Assembly (NCBI GenBank): GCA_009914755.4
Contig: CP086569.2
Location: 15,488,001-15,552,000, forward strand
Reading direction: 5' to 3'
From: the human T2T-CHM13v2.0 reference genome, Homo sapiens
Length of the DNA stretch: 64,000 bases
The translations under genes and the position numbers were made by a program. Under the pieces are notes generated by a model. It ran no database searches. It saw only the letters and a list, made by a program, of their open reading frames with translations, and was not told the origin of the DNA. Shown piece by piece: positions 24,361 to 41,235 of the stretch; the stretch's first letter is position 1, and every line of letters begins with the position of its first letter.

Positions 24361-25842
24361 ATTTGCATTTCTCTGGTACAAAATGGTGGATTTTGAAATG
24401 AGATTTGATTTCTAAATTTTATAGAAACTGCATAGATGACTGCAAAGAACTCTTTAAGATATGACAAAAGACAAATTAGATTGTAATCTCCTTTATACAG
24501 GACAAGAAATAAAGAGGAGAATATTAAAATATGTACACATACAAAAGTAGATGAATTGGCGATTGTTGGTGTTGGATGCATGTTAAGCAGGGTGAAGGAG
24601 GTGTGTGTGCATGCATTCGTGGCCATGTGTTGAGAGTGGGCATCCATGTAGGTAACAGCAGAGAGCTTTGGGGTTCAGAAAAAAAGATAAGTCACATCCC
24701 ACTCAGGTACCCTAAAATGTTGTCTTCTCTAGAAATGAAAGAAGAGGGAAGCCAGAGATGTCTGTAGCTTGCATAGTTTTGGGAATAGCTATTCTAGACT
24801 TTGTCAGTGAACAGCATAGAAGGATTGTTGTTCAAGCCCAGTTATTTGGGCAAGGATCAGATTCTGTTGCTTTTGTTTTCTGGATGCTCCATAATGAATG
24901 TGAGATAGAAGCAGATGTCTCAAGTGCTTCTTGTTCTCAGAAACCTCCTGACAGCAGACATCTCAGTGGGCCCAGACCTTCAGTGTGTCTGTAAGTAAAA
25001 CACAGGGGAGGGTGCTCTTTCTGATTTATCTTACTATTTTAATGCAATTACAAAGCTTCCTATTTTCTAATATATTCCAAGCCTTTGAAAGACAAGGCCA
25101 TAAACACCCAGGATATCTGATTTTATTCATGATAAGACCCAAATACCAAAATACCTATGATCAGGGCTCACCTTAATTAAGTATGTATCTTAAAATTAAA
25201 CCAATCTCAGTTTGAGGAATTCATACTTTTGGAAGAAATTTATTACAGTTTTTGTTCTGAACATTATATTATGATAGGCTTGAATAGTGTGAGCCTTGCT
25301 ATAATTACAACCTGAGTCACAATAACTTCCCTGCAGAGGATGATTTAAAATACCCAATCAATTTATGAACTGGTCAAAAATGCCATTCTGAGGTATTTTT
25401 TTTATGCAGTCTTTGCAGAGAAGACATGCCATATAGTCCTTCTTCATTCCCAAAGCATATATATATATACGTATATACACACACACACATACATATACAT
25501 ATAAATATACAGTGAAGTTAGTTTTTACCTTTGTTATCAATATTTTTTATCCATCAAAAATTTTATAAATGATTTGTGGCATCCCCTTTTTATCTTAGGA
25601 AAATTAAAAATCTCTCTATCAACTTATCTATGAATAACCACATTTCATCCCTTGTGAAATCCATTTTAGTTTGTGAAACTCACATGGGAGATCTTTTATT
25701 TTTTGCCCGCAAGGATGTAGGCTGGTTAAATTTACAGAGATTCTTTAATGATGATAATGTACATTTGACTGATATCAATAAGAAATATTGATATTATTAA
25801 TATCAACATTTTTTGCAATGCTAAAAATTTACAAGTTGTCGA

Positions 25843-28800
25843 ATTATTTAATTATTTATTTTTATTATACATTAAGTTCTGGGATACATGTGCAGAATAT
25901 GCAGGTTTGTTACATAGGTATACATGTACCGTGGTAGTTTACTGCACCTTTCAACCCATCATCTAGGTTTTAAGCCTTTAAAACCTTTAAGCATTTGGTA
26001 CTTGTCCCAGTGCTATCTTTACCTTGCACCCCATCCCCCAAGAAGCCCCGGTGTGTGATGTTCCACTTCTCCATGTTCATGTGTTCTCATTGTTCAACTC
26101 CCATTTATGAGTGAGAACATGTGGTTTTTGCTTTTCTGATCCTCTGTTTGCTGAGAATAATCATTTCCAGCTTCATCCATGTCCCTGCAAAGGACATTAA
26201 CTCATTCTTATTTATGGCTGCATAGTATTCCATGGTGTATGTGTGCCACATTTTCTGTATCCAGTCTATCATTGATGGGCATTTGGTTTGGTTCCATGAC
26301 TTTGCTATTGTAAATAGGAATGCAATAAATGTGCATGTACATGTGTCTTTATAATAGAATGATCAATAATCCTTTGGGTATGTACCCAGTAATGGGATTG
26401 CTCAGTTAAATGGTATTTCCAGTTCTAGATCCTTGAGGAATCGCGACACTGTCTTCTACAACGGTTGAATTAATCGACACTACCACCAACAGTGTAAAAC
26501 ATTCTATTTCTCCACATCCTCTCCAACATCTGTTGTTTCCTGACTTTGAATGATTGCCATTCTAACTGGGGTGAGATGGTATCTCATTGTGGTTTTGATT
26601 TGCATTTCTCTAATGACCAGTGATGATAAGCTTTTTTTCGTATGTTTGTTGACTGCACAAATGTCCTCTTTTGAGAAGTATCTGTTCATAAACCTTACAC
26701 TTTTTGATGGGGTTGTTTGTTTTCTTCTTGTAAATTTGTTAAAGTTTCTTGTAGATTCTGGATATTAGCCCTTTGTCAGACGGCTAGATTGCAAAAACTT
26801 TCTCCCATTGCCTGTTAACTCTGATGATAGTTCCTTTTGCTGTGCAGAGGCTCTTTAATTAGATCTCATTTGTCAATTTTTGCTTTGTTTCAATTGTTTT
26901 TGGTGTTTTAGTCATGAAGTCTTTGCCCATGCCTATGTCCTGAATGGTATTGCCTACATTTTCTTCTAGTTTTATGATTTTTTCTCTTATGGTTAGGTCT
27001 TTAATCCATCTTGAGTTAATTTTTGTATAAGGTGTTAAGAAAGGGTTCAGTTTTAGTTTTCTGCATATGGCTAGCCAGTTTTCCCAATACCATTTATTAA
27101 ATAGGACATCCTTTCTTCATTGCTTGTTTTTTTTCAGATTTGTTGAAGTTCAGATGGTTGTAGATGTGGGTGTTATTTCTGAGGCCTCTGTTCTGTTCCA
27201 TTGGTCTATATATTTGTTTTCTTACCAGTACCGTGCTGTTTTGGTTACTGTACCCTTGTAGTGCAGTTTGAAGTCAGGTAGCATGATGCCTCTAGCTTTG
27301 TTCTTTTTGCTTAGGACTTTCTTGGCCATATAAGCTCTTTTTTAGTTCCACCCGAAATTTATGGTGTTTTTCTCCTTTTTTTTTAATACTGTGAAGAAAG
27401 TCACTGTTCGCTTGATGAGAATAGCGTTGAATTTAAAAACTACTTTGGGCAGTTTGGCCATTTTCACAATATTGATTCCTCCTATCCATGAGCATGTAAT
27501 GTTTTTCCATTTGTGGGTGTCCTTTCTTATTTTCTTGAGCAGTGGTTTGTAGTTCTCTTTGAAGAGGTCCTTCACTTCCCTTGTAAGTTGTTTTCCTGGG
27601 TACTTTATTCTCTTTGTAGCAACTGTGAATGGGAGTTCACTCATGATTTGTCTCTCTGATTGTCCATTATTGGTGTATAGGAATGCTTGTGATTTTTGCA
27701 CATTGATTTTGTATCCTGAGATTTTGCTGAAGTTGCTTACCAGCTTAAGGGGATTTGGGGCTGAGACAATGCAATTTTCTAAATATTCAATCATGTTATC
27801 TGGAAACAGAGATAATTTGACTTCCTCTCCTGCTATTTGGATATCCTTTATTTTTTCTCTTGCCTGACTGCCCTGGCCAGAACTTTCAATACTATGTTGA
27901 ATAAGAGTGGTGAGAGAGGGCATCCTTGTTTGTGCTGATTTTCCAAGGGAATGCTTCCAGCTTTTACCAATTCAGTATGATGTTGGCTATGGGTTTGTCA
28001 TAAATAGCACTCATTATTTTGATATATGTTCCATCAATACCTAGTTTATTGAGTGTTTTTAGCATGACGTTGTGTTGAAATTTATTGAAGGCCTTTTCTG
28101 CATCTATTGGGATAATCACATGTTTTTTTGTCATTGTTTCTGTTTATGTGATGGATTATGTTGATTGATTTGCTTATGTTGAACCAGCCTTGTATCCCAA
28201 GGGATGAACCCGACTTGATCATGGTGGATAAACCTTTTGATGTGCTGCTGGATTTGGTTTGCCAGCATTTTATTGAGGATTTTTGCACTGATGTTCATCA
28301 GGAATATTTGCATGAAATTTCATTTTTCTGTTGTATCTTTGTCAGTTCATGGTATTAGGATGATGCTGGCCTCATAAAATGAGTTAGGGAGGAGTCCCTG
28401 TTTTTCTATTGTTTGGAATCATTTCAGAAGAAATGGTACCAGCTCCTGTTTGTATTGTTGGTAGAATTCAGCTGTGAATCTGTCTGGTCCTGGGCTTTTT
28501 CCACTTGGTAGTCTATTAATTACCGCCTTAATTTCAGAACTTGTTATTGGTCTATTCAGGGATTCAGCTTCTTCCTGGTTTATTCTTGGGAGAGTGTATG
28601 TGTCCAGGAATTTATCCATTTCTTTTGGTATTTCCGTAGAGGTGTTTATAGTATTCTGTGTTGGTAGTTTGCATTTCTGTGCGATCAGTAGTGATATCCC
28701 CTTTAATGTTTTTATTGTGTCTATTTGATACTTTTCTCTTTTATTTTTTATTAGTCTGGCTAGCAATACATCTATTTTGTTAATTTTTTCCAAAAATCAG

Positions 28801-30204
28801 CTTTTTGATTCACTGATTTTCTTGAAGGATTTTTTTTATGTCTTTATCTTCTTCAGTTCTGCTCCAGTCTTAGTTCTTTCTTGTCTTCCACTAGGTTTTA
28901 AATTTGTTTACTCTTGCTTGAATAGTTCTTTTAATTGCAATGTTAGGGGGTTGATTTTACATCTTTCTTGCTTTCTCTTGTGGTCATTTAGTGCTCTAAA
29001 TTTCCATTTGAACACTGCTTTAAATGTGTCTTAGAGATTCTGGTACATTGTATCTTTGTTCTTATCAGTTTCAAAGAACTTATTTATTTCTGCTTTAATT
29101 TCCTTATTTACCCGGTAGTCATTCAGGAGCAAGTTGTTCAGTTTCCATGTAGTTGTGTGGGTTTGAGTAAGTATCTTAATCCTGGGTTCGAATTTGATTA
29201 CACTGTTGTCTGAGAGATGGTTCGTTATGGTTTTCATTCTCTTGCATTTGCGAGGAGTGTTTTACTTCCAATTTTGTAGTCCACTTTAGAATAAGTGTGA
29301 TGTGGTGCTGAGAAGAATGTATATTCTGTTGATTGGGGTGAAGAGTTACATAGGTGTCTCTTAGGTCTGCTTGGTCCGGAGCTGAGTTCAAGTCCTGAAT
29401 ATATTTGTTAATTTTTTGTCTCATTGATCTGTCTAATATTGACAGTGTTGTGGTAAAATCTCCCACTATTATTGTGTTGGAGTATACTTAAACACAATAT
29501 TATTGTGTTTGTAGGTCTCTAAGAACTTGTTTTATGAATCTGGGTGCTCCTGTATTGGGTGCATATATATTTATGATAGTTAGCTCTTCTTGTTGCATTG
29601 ATCCATTTACCATTATTTGATGCCCTTCTTTGTCTCTTTTGATCTCTGTTGTCTTAAAGTCTGTTTTATCAGAGGCTAGGATTACTACCCCTGCTTTTCT
29701 TTGCTTTCCGTTTGCTTGGTAAATATTCCTTCATTCTGTTATTCTGAGCCTATGTTTTACTTTGCCTGTCAGATTGGTCTCCTAAATACAATACACCAAA
29801 GGGTCTTGACCCATTATTCAATTTGCCAGTCTGTGTCTTTTAATTGGGGCATTTAGCCCATTTACATGTAATTTTAATCTTGTTATGTGTGAATTTGATC
29901 CTGTCATTATGATGATAGCTGATTATCTTGCATATTAGTTGATGCTGTTTCTTTATAGTGTCATTAGTCTTTACATTTTGGGAGTTTTTGCAGTGGTATT
30001 TTGGTAGTTTTTGCAGTAGCTGATATCTTTTTTTTTTTCTTTTTTTTTTTTTGCCCCATATTTAGTACATCCTTCAGGAGCTCTTAAAGGCAGTCCTGGT
30101 GGTCAGAAAATCCCTCAACATTTGCTTTTCTGTAAAGGATTTTATTTCTCCCTCAATTATGAAACTTAGTTTGTCTGGATGTGAAATTCTGTTTGTTTGT
30201 TTGT

Positions 30205-30239
<35 letters not shown>

Positions 30240-32067
30240 TTTTAAGAATGGTGAATATTGGCCTGCACTCTCTTCTGGCTTGTAGGGTTTCTGCAGTGAT
30301 ATCTGCTGTTAGTTTGATAGGCTCTCTTTTGTAGGTAGCCTGCTCTTTCTCTCGGGATGCTGTTAACATTTTTTCCTTTGTTTCAACCTTGGTGAATCTG
30401 ACTATTATTTGTCTTGGAGTTGCTCTTCTCAAGGAGTATCTTTGTGGTGTTTTCTTTATTTCCTGAATTTCAATGTTGGACTTCTTGCTAGGCTGGACAA
30501 GTTCTCCTGGATAATATCCTGAAGTGTGTTTTCTAACTGGTTCCATTCTCCTACTCACTTTCAAGTACACCAGTCAAACATAGGTTTGATGTTTTCACAT
30601 AGTCCCGTATTTCTTGGAGGCTTTGTTAATTCCTTTTCATTCATTTTTTCTGTAATCTTGTCTTCACATTTTATTTTATTAAGTTGATCATCAATCTCTG
30701 ATATACTTTCTTTCCCTTGATCGATTCAGCTATTGGTACTTGTGTATGCCTCAGGAAGTTCTCGTGCTTTGTTTTTCAGCTATATCATGTCATTTATATT
30801 CTTCTCTAAACTGGTTATTCTAGCTAGAAGTTCTTGTAACCTTTTATGAAGATTCTTAGCTTCCTTACATGGGGTTAGAACATGCTCCCTTAGCTCAGAG
30901 GAGTTTGTTATTTCACACCATCTGAAGCCTACTTCAGTCAGTTTGTCAAACTCATTCTCTGTTCGGTTTTGTTCTCTTGCTGGTGAGGAGTGATGATCCT
31001 TTGGAAGAGAAGAGGGATTCTGGTTTTTGGAATTTTCAGAATTTTTGAACTGTTTTATTTTTCATCTTCATGAATTTATCTAACTTTGATCTTTGATGTT
31101 GGTGACCCTCAGATGGGATTTTTGCATGGGTGTCTTTTTTGTTGATGTTGATGTTATTGCTTTCTGTTCGTTTGTTTTCTTTCTAACAGTCAGGCCGCTC
31201 TGCTGCAGGTCAGCTGGAGTTTATTGAAGGTCCACTCCAGACCCTGTTTTCCTGGCTATCACCAGCAGAAGCTGCAGAACAGCAAAGATTGCTGTCTTCT
31301 CCTTCCTCTGGAAGCTTCTTCCCAGAGGGGTAGCCACCTGATGTCAACCAGAGCTCTCCTATATGAGGTGTCCATTGAACCCAGCTGGGAGGTGTCTCTC
31401 AGTCAGGAAGCACCTGGGTTAGGGACCCACTTGAGCAGGCAGTCTGTCCCTTAGTAGAGCACAAGTTCTGTGCTGGGAGATCTTCTGCTCTCTTTCAAGC
31501 CATAGGTAGGCACATTTAAGTTTGCTGAAGCTGCACCCATAGCCATCCCTTACTCCAGGTGCTGTGTCCCAGGGAGATGGGAATTTTATCTATAAGCCCC
31601 TAACTGGTGCTGCTGCCTTTCTTTCAGAGATGCCCTGCCCAGAGAAGAGGAGTATAGAGAGCCAGTCTGGCTACAGCAGCTTTGCTGAGCTGTGGTGGGT
31701 TCCACCCGGTTTGAACTTCTCGGAGGCTTATTTACACTATGAGGGGAATACTGCCTACTGAAGCCTCAGTGATGCCAGACACCCCTCCCTGCACCACATT
31801 CAAGTGTCCCAGGTCAACTTCAGACTGCTGTGCTAGCAGTGAGAATTTCAAGCCATTGGATCTTAGCTTACTGGGCTCCGAGAGGGTGAGATCAGCTGAG
31901 CAAGACAACTTGGCTCCCTGACCTCAGCCCCCTTTTTAGGGGAGAGAACAGTTCTGTCTCACTGCGGTTCCAGGCAGAACTGGGGCATGGAAGAAACAAA
32001 AACAAAAACAAAAACAAAAAAAACTCCTGCTGCTAGCTCAGTGTCTGCCCAAATGGCTGCCCAGTTT
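25843..32067 (-). mobile_element. L1PA-type LINE-1, nearly full length (3' UTR, ORF2, ORF1, most of 5' UTR), inactivated by stops/frameshifts; internal poly-T and (TTTA)n/(GTTT)n expansions at 30030-30250
   Basis: The antisense L1 3' end is at 25843-25900 (T-run plus cattaagttctgggatacatgtgcag). The ORF2 RT fragment is a minus ORF at 27342-27923 ([16 protein letters not shown]...). The ORF1 C-terminus is a minus ORF at 30229-30570 (PIKLTADITAETLQARRE). 5' UTR-like sequence runs from 31180 to 32067. Confidence 0.85.
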
Positions 32068-37177
<5,110 letters not shown>

Positions 37178-38384
37178 AATTTATATGTTAGTATATTTTC
37201 ACACACACTCACACACATACACACATACATGGCAGCACTAAATTATATTCTCTAAATGTACCTACAGATACTTAATCATTTGCACAGCCACTATCATTTT
37301 ATGCTTGATGGCTTAGACAAGTAACTCTCACTTGTGGGTGGTTTTGGCCACCAGGGGTCATTCAGCACTGTCTGGAGACATTTTCCACAGTTAAAACTGG
37401 GTAGGAGGTGCCACCATCATCTAGTGAGTTGAAACTGGGAATGCTGCAAAATACCATACAGTTTAGAGGCGGCATCTCTACAACAAAGAATCATATGGTT
37501 CACAAATCATTATCATTGTGCTGAGATGCGGCAATGCTGAGCTTCAGACTATAGCAATTTTTTGCAAATTTGCTAAATTTCAAAAAATGAAGGAATAAAA
37601 AAAGATAGCTCTCAACCTGTGGGTATTGTGAATGCCTAACTTAGACTTAGGAAGCGTACAGGTGCCCTTGGGCTTGTCTTCTTTGTCTGCTGCTAGTTTA
37701 TAATTGTTCACTGCCCATCAGGACCTTGTGGGTTATAGATTTAGATAGAGGAAGGATTTGATCATACAGGTGGGTCAGTCATAACCAATATGTGAGTCAC
37801 AGTCTCACTCACATTGAGTTTGAGAATTTAAGGCATGGGCTGGAATTCCTCATGGAACTGACATTATAAACCTGGGAAGAAATCTACCCACTGAATTCCA
37901 CTTGAGCTGTCTGTTTCAGCAACTGTTCAATACTTTGAGGTTACATACTATCTCATTTAATCCCAACCTGGGATAGTGTGTAATACCAAATTCTTTACAG
38001 CTACATGGGATTAAATTAGGTAGTATGTGAAATTCCAAATAGTAAATTGGTAAAGTGATGCCTAATGAATTTGAATGAGCTGCTGCCAGCCTACTTAGTA
38101 CTAACAGTGAGCTAATAGCACCTTGTGTCCCTGTACCCAGAAGTCTTTCTTGCAGGACTGTAGCGAACATGTCAGCATGTTGTCTACGTTGACTGGACAT
38201 CTTCTGTTCTCTTCAGCCTTTGCCTGTGTATGCTCCTGTCCTGCTCTGCACAATTTAATGAAGCAGGTGGGACACACTAGTTTACCCTTTTAGTAGTCTG
38301 CATAGATTGACTTGCTTCCCTCAGTTCACAGAGATAGCTTCCCAGGATACAGATTTATCTGAATTACAAGTTGATGGCTTCATT

Positions 38385-38835
38385 GTTCACAATAGCAAAG
38401 ACATGGAATCAACCTAAATGCCCATCAGCGGCAGACTGGATAAAGAAAATGTGGTTCATATGTACCATGGAATAGTATGTAGTCATAATAAAAGAATGAG
38501 ATTATGTCCTTTGAAGGAATATGGATGGAACTCGAGGCTATTATCCTTAGCAAATTAATGCAGAAACAGTAAACCACATACTTCATATTCTCTCTTATAA
38601 GTTGGAGCTAGAAATGAGAACTTACGAACACAAAGAAGGAAACAATAGAAAAAGGAGCATATTGGAGGGTGGGCAGTGGTAGGAGGTAGAAGATTAGGAA
38701 AAATATTTATTGGGAATGAGGCCTTGTATCTGGGTGATGAAATAATCAGTACAACTAATGCCTGTGACATAAGTTTACCTGTATGGCAAACTTGCACACC
38801 TACCCCTGAAGCCAAAATAAAAGTTATAAAAAAGG
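38385..38835 (+). repeat. L1 (older, L1PB/L1M-like) 3'-end fragment
   Basis: ttcacaatagcaaagacatggaatcaacctaaatgcccatcagcggcagactggataaagaaaatgtggttcatatgtaccatggaatagtatgtagtcataataaaag ... ggcaaacttgcacacctacccctgaagccaaaataaaag. Confidence 0.8.
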
Positions 38836-40191
38836 TGATGGTCTCACCTATTCTCTTGGGGAAGGCTCCAAAAGTAACAGCTACCTCTAGTTAAAAATCT
38901 TCTGGTTAAAAAAAGAAGCAACCAAACACGACATCACTCTTTGTTTTTCTTGTCTGTCTCTTAATTATTCAGAAATGGGATTGCTGCATGGCAGACATCC
39001 GAATGTTGTCTACAGTACAATTCAGAGTTAGTAGCAAACACCTAAATCAGCCATTTGATGAGATGCTATTTGTCACTTTCAAAGTTACAATCCAGATTTT
39101 CAGTGCATTTTCATCCAACTCTGTTGAACTTTTCCCAGGATGTCATGTACTATGGAATTTCCCCCCAGTAGGTATTATTGTTCTGTGATAGATCCAGTTC
39201 CAATATGTTTTATTAAAAAGAAAAAGCCATGTGATGTATTTTGTTCAATTGATTACTTAAATGAAATGGATAACTATTTTCTGATGCAAATGCTCTGAGT
39301 AACCCACAAATTCCTCAGAAACACATTTGCATACTTTGAGATGAAGAACACTCTAAATGCACCCTCCTTGTGACACCTAGTGAAACGTTTTCTGTCCCTA
39401 GAGGATCATTTGACATACTGTCCATTGCTGCACAACATTCTTTTATTGTCACAGGAGCAGCGATTTCCCTAGGGATAGTCATATTATCCTTGTAGGGACC
39501 AATTGAGGTGGTGACCCTTTAAAAGTTGACTCCAGTCTTAATGGGAAAGTAACTCAAATGTAGCCTTAGATTTTTAAATGGGATACAGGGTGAAGAGGAT
39601 ACCCTCTCAGGCATGCAGCAGCTTACTGCAAAGTCAGGATAATTGCATCAACACTTTTAGTTATGAAAGAAGTCTTCAAGAGACCAGCACTGAAGCATGT
39701 ACTTGAAATGCACCATCTTGTACAGTTTTTTTTTTTTTTACAAGAAACTGAGATTCAGAACAGTGAAGTATGTAGCCTAAATATATATGTGCACTTGAGT
39801 AGAACAAGGAAAATTCGTGTCCAAAGTCTACACTCTTTTCATTTGATGATTTTCCCCTTGTGGCCTGATAAATATCCACATCACAATGACAGGATGGCCT
39901 GGATGCATGCTTCTATTTTGCTCCTACTGGAAAACTTTTAGATCTGCATGCATATCCCCTTAGGAAAGAGTGAAAATTGCCTTAAACATTTGAGAAAAAG
40001 TTCTTTTGATAACCCGTCTGGTAAACAATAGTGAAATTGGTAGGTGTCATTATTATCACTTGCATAACCTGTACAATTCTTGAACGTCGGTTTGTTCATT
40101 CAACATAGATGTGATGAGTGTTTTCTAAATGTCAGGCATTGTTTCTGGTGATAGGATATACAGCCAGGATTAAGAAAAGTGATGGACACTA

Positions 40192-40480
40192 GGCATGGTG
40201 ACTGACGCGTGTTATCCCAACACTTTGAAAGTTTGATTGAGGAGGATCTCTTTAGGCCAGCCTGGATAACATAGAGACACCTATGTCTACAAAAATTCCA
40301 ATGAATTGCCCGGACATACTGGTGCATGCTTGTAGTCCCAGCTACTCGGGAGGCTGAGGTGGGAGGTTGGCTTTAGCCCAGGAGTTGGAGGCTGCAGTGA
40401 GCTGTGATAGCACCACTGCCCTGCAGCTTTGGCAATATGGCAAGACACCATCTGTAAAAAAAAATAATAATAATAAAGAC
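40192..40480 (+). repeat. Alu (+), ends ~170 bp upstream of the NLGN4Y exon acceptor
   Basis: ggcatggtgactgacgcgtgttatcccaacactttgaaagtttgattgaggaggatctctttaggccagcctggataacatagagac ... a-rich tail aaaaaaaaataataataataaag. Confidence 0.85.
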
Positions 40481-40742
40481 AAGTTATGTTTTTGCTATTG
40501 TCGACTATGTGGAGATGGCACTATACACATTCATATACAAATGAATAGGAATTTCATAGAGAGATGTTGTGGATTTCATGGAAGAGCCAGCCAGTGTTCT
40601 AGGTGATCATTGTGTGGCTTCATTATTCTTGTCTGCTTTCTCCCTCCTTTAGGTTGCATTGGAGTTTTCGAAAGACTTATCTTTCTGCAGGCTCGCCTCT
40701 GAGCTTTGTCTCCTTGGAGCCACCTCACTTAGACAGCTTCGG

Positions 40743-40760
40743 ATGTGGATGCAGATTTGA
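40743..40760 (+). promoter_or_regulatory. 5-codon upstream ORF (ATG TGG ATG CAG ATT TGA) in the 5' leader, stop codon 3 nt upstream of the main NLGN4Y AUG
   Basis: Read directly from sequence: ggATGTGGATGCAGATTTGAaccATGttg. Confidence 0.5.
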
Positions 40761-40763
40761 ACC

Positions 40764-41235
40764 ATGTTGCGTCCCCAGGGACTGCTATGGCTCCCTTTGT
40801 TGTTCACCTCTGTCTGTGTCATGTTAAACTCCAATGTTCTTCTGTGGATAACTGCTCTTGCCATCAAGTTCACCCTCATTGACAGCCAAGCACAGTATCC
40901 AGTTGTCAACACAAATTATGGTAAAATCCAGGGCCTAAGAACACCATTACCCAGTGAGATCTTGGGTCCAGTGGAGCAGTACTTAGGGGTCCCCTATGCC
41001 TCACCCCCAACTGGAGAGAGGCGGTTTCAGCCACCAGAATCCCCATCCTCCTGGACTGGCATCCGAAATGCTACTCAGTTTTCTGCTGTGTGCCCCCAGC
41101 ACCTGGATGAAAGATTCTTATTGCATGACATGCTGCCCATCTGGTTTACCACCAGTTTGGATACTTTGATGACCTATGTTCAAGATCAAAATGAAGACTG
41201 CCTTTACTTAAACATCTATGTGCCCATGGAAGATG
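40764..41235 (+). CDS. NLGN4Y: Neuroligin-4, Y-linked: N-terminal coding segment (aa 1-157 plus first base of codon 158; signal peptide and start of carboxylesterase-like domain)
   Basis: Translation: [158 protein letters not shown]. It is near-identical to neuroligin-4. The specific residues L2, S16, I29, Q55, S64, S93, A104, S108, F119, TS130-131 and M155 match my recollection of NLGN4Y rather than NLGN4X. The reading frame continues past the donor into the intron only as an artefact of the ORF track. Confidence 0.75.

Larger units (their letters stand above)
40653..41235 (+). other. NLGN4Y: Exon of neuroligin-4 (first coding exon: 111 nt of 5' UTR + 472 nt of CDS), flanked by acceptor tctgctttctccctcctttAG| and donor |GTGAGT
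   Basis: A polypyrimidine tract plus AG lies at 40651-40652 and GTGAGT at 40236+1000 (41236-41241). The encoded peptide is a neuroligin N-terminus. Confidence 0.8.

Noticed and set aside
27342-27923. 193-aa minus ORF and neighbouring ORFs (28419-28793, 29176-29466, 30229-30570, 32751-33161, 33589-34177, 34786-35882)
   Set aside because: They are fragments of L1 ORF2 (RT/endonuclease) and ORF1 interrupted by stops. They are part of the L1 annotations and not independent cellular genes.
40603-40827. 74-aa + ORF overlapping the NLGN4Y exon start
   Set aside because: It is in a different reading frame from the neuroligin CDS, begins in the intron upstream of the acceptor, and has no homology. 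It is a spurious overlap.
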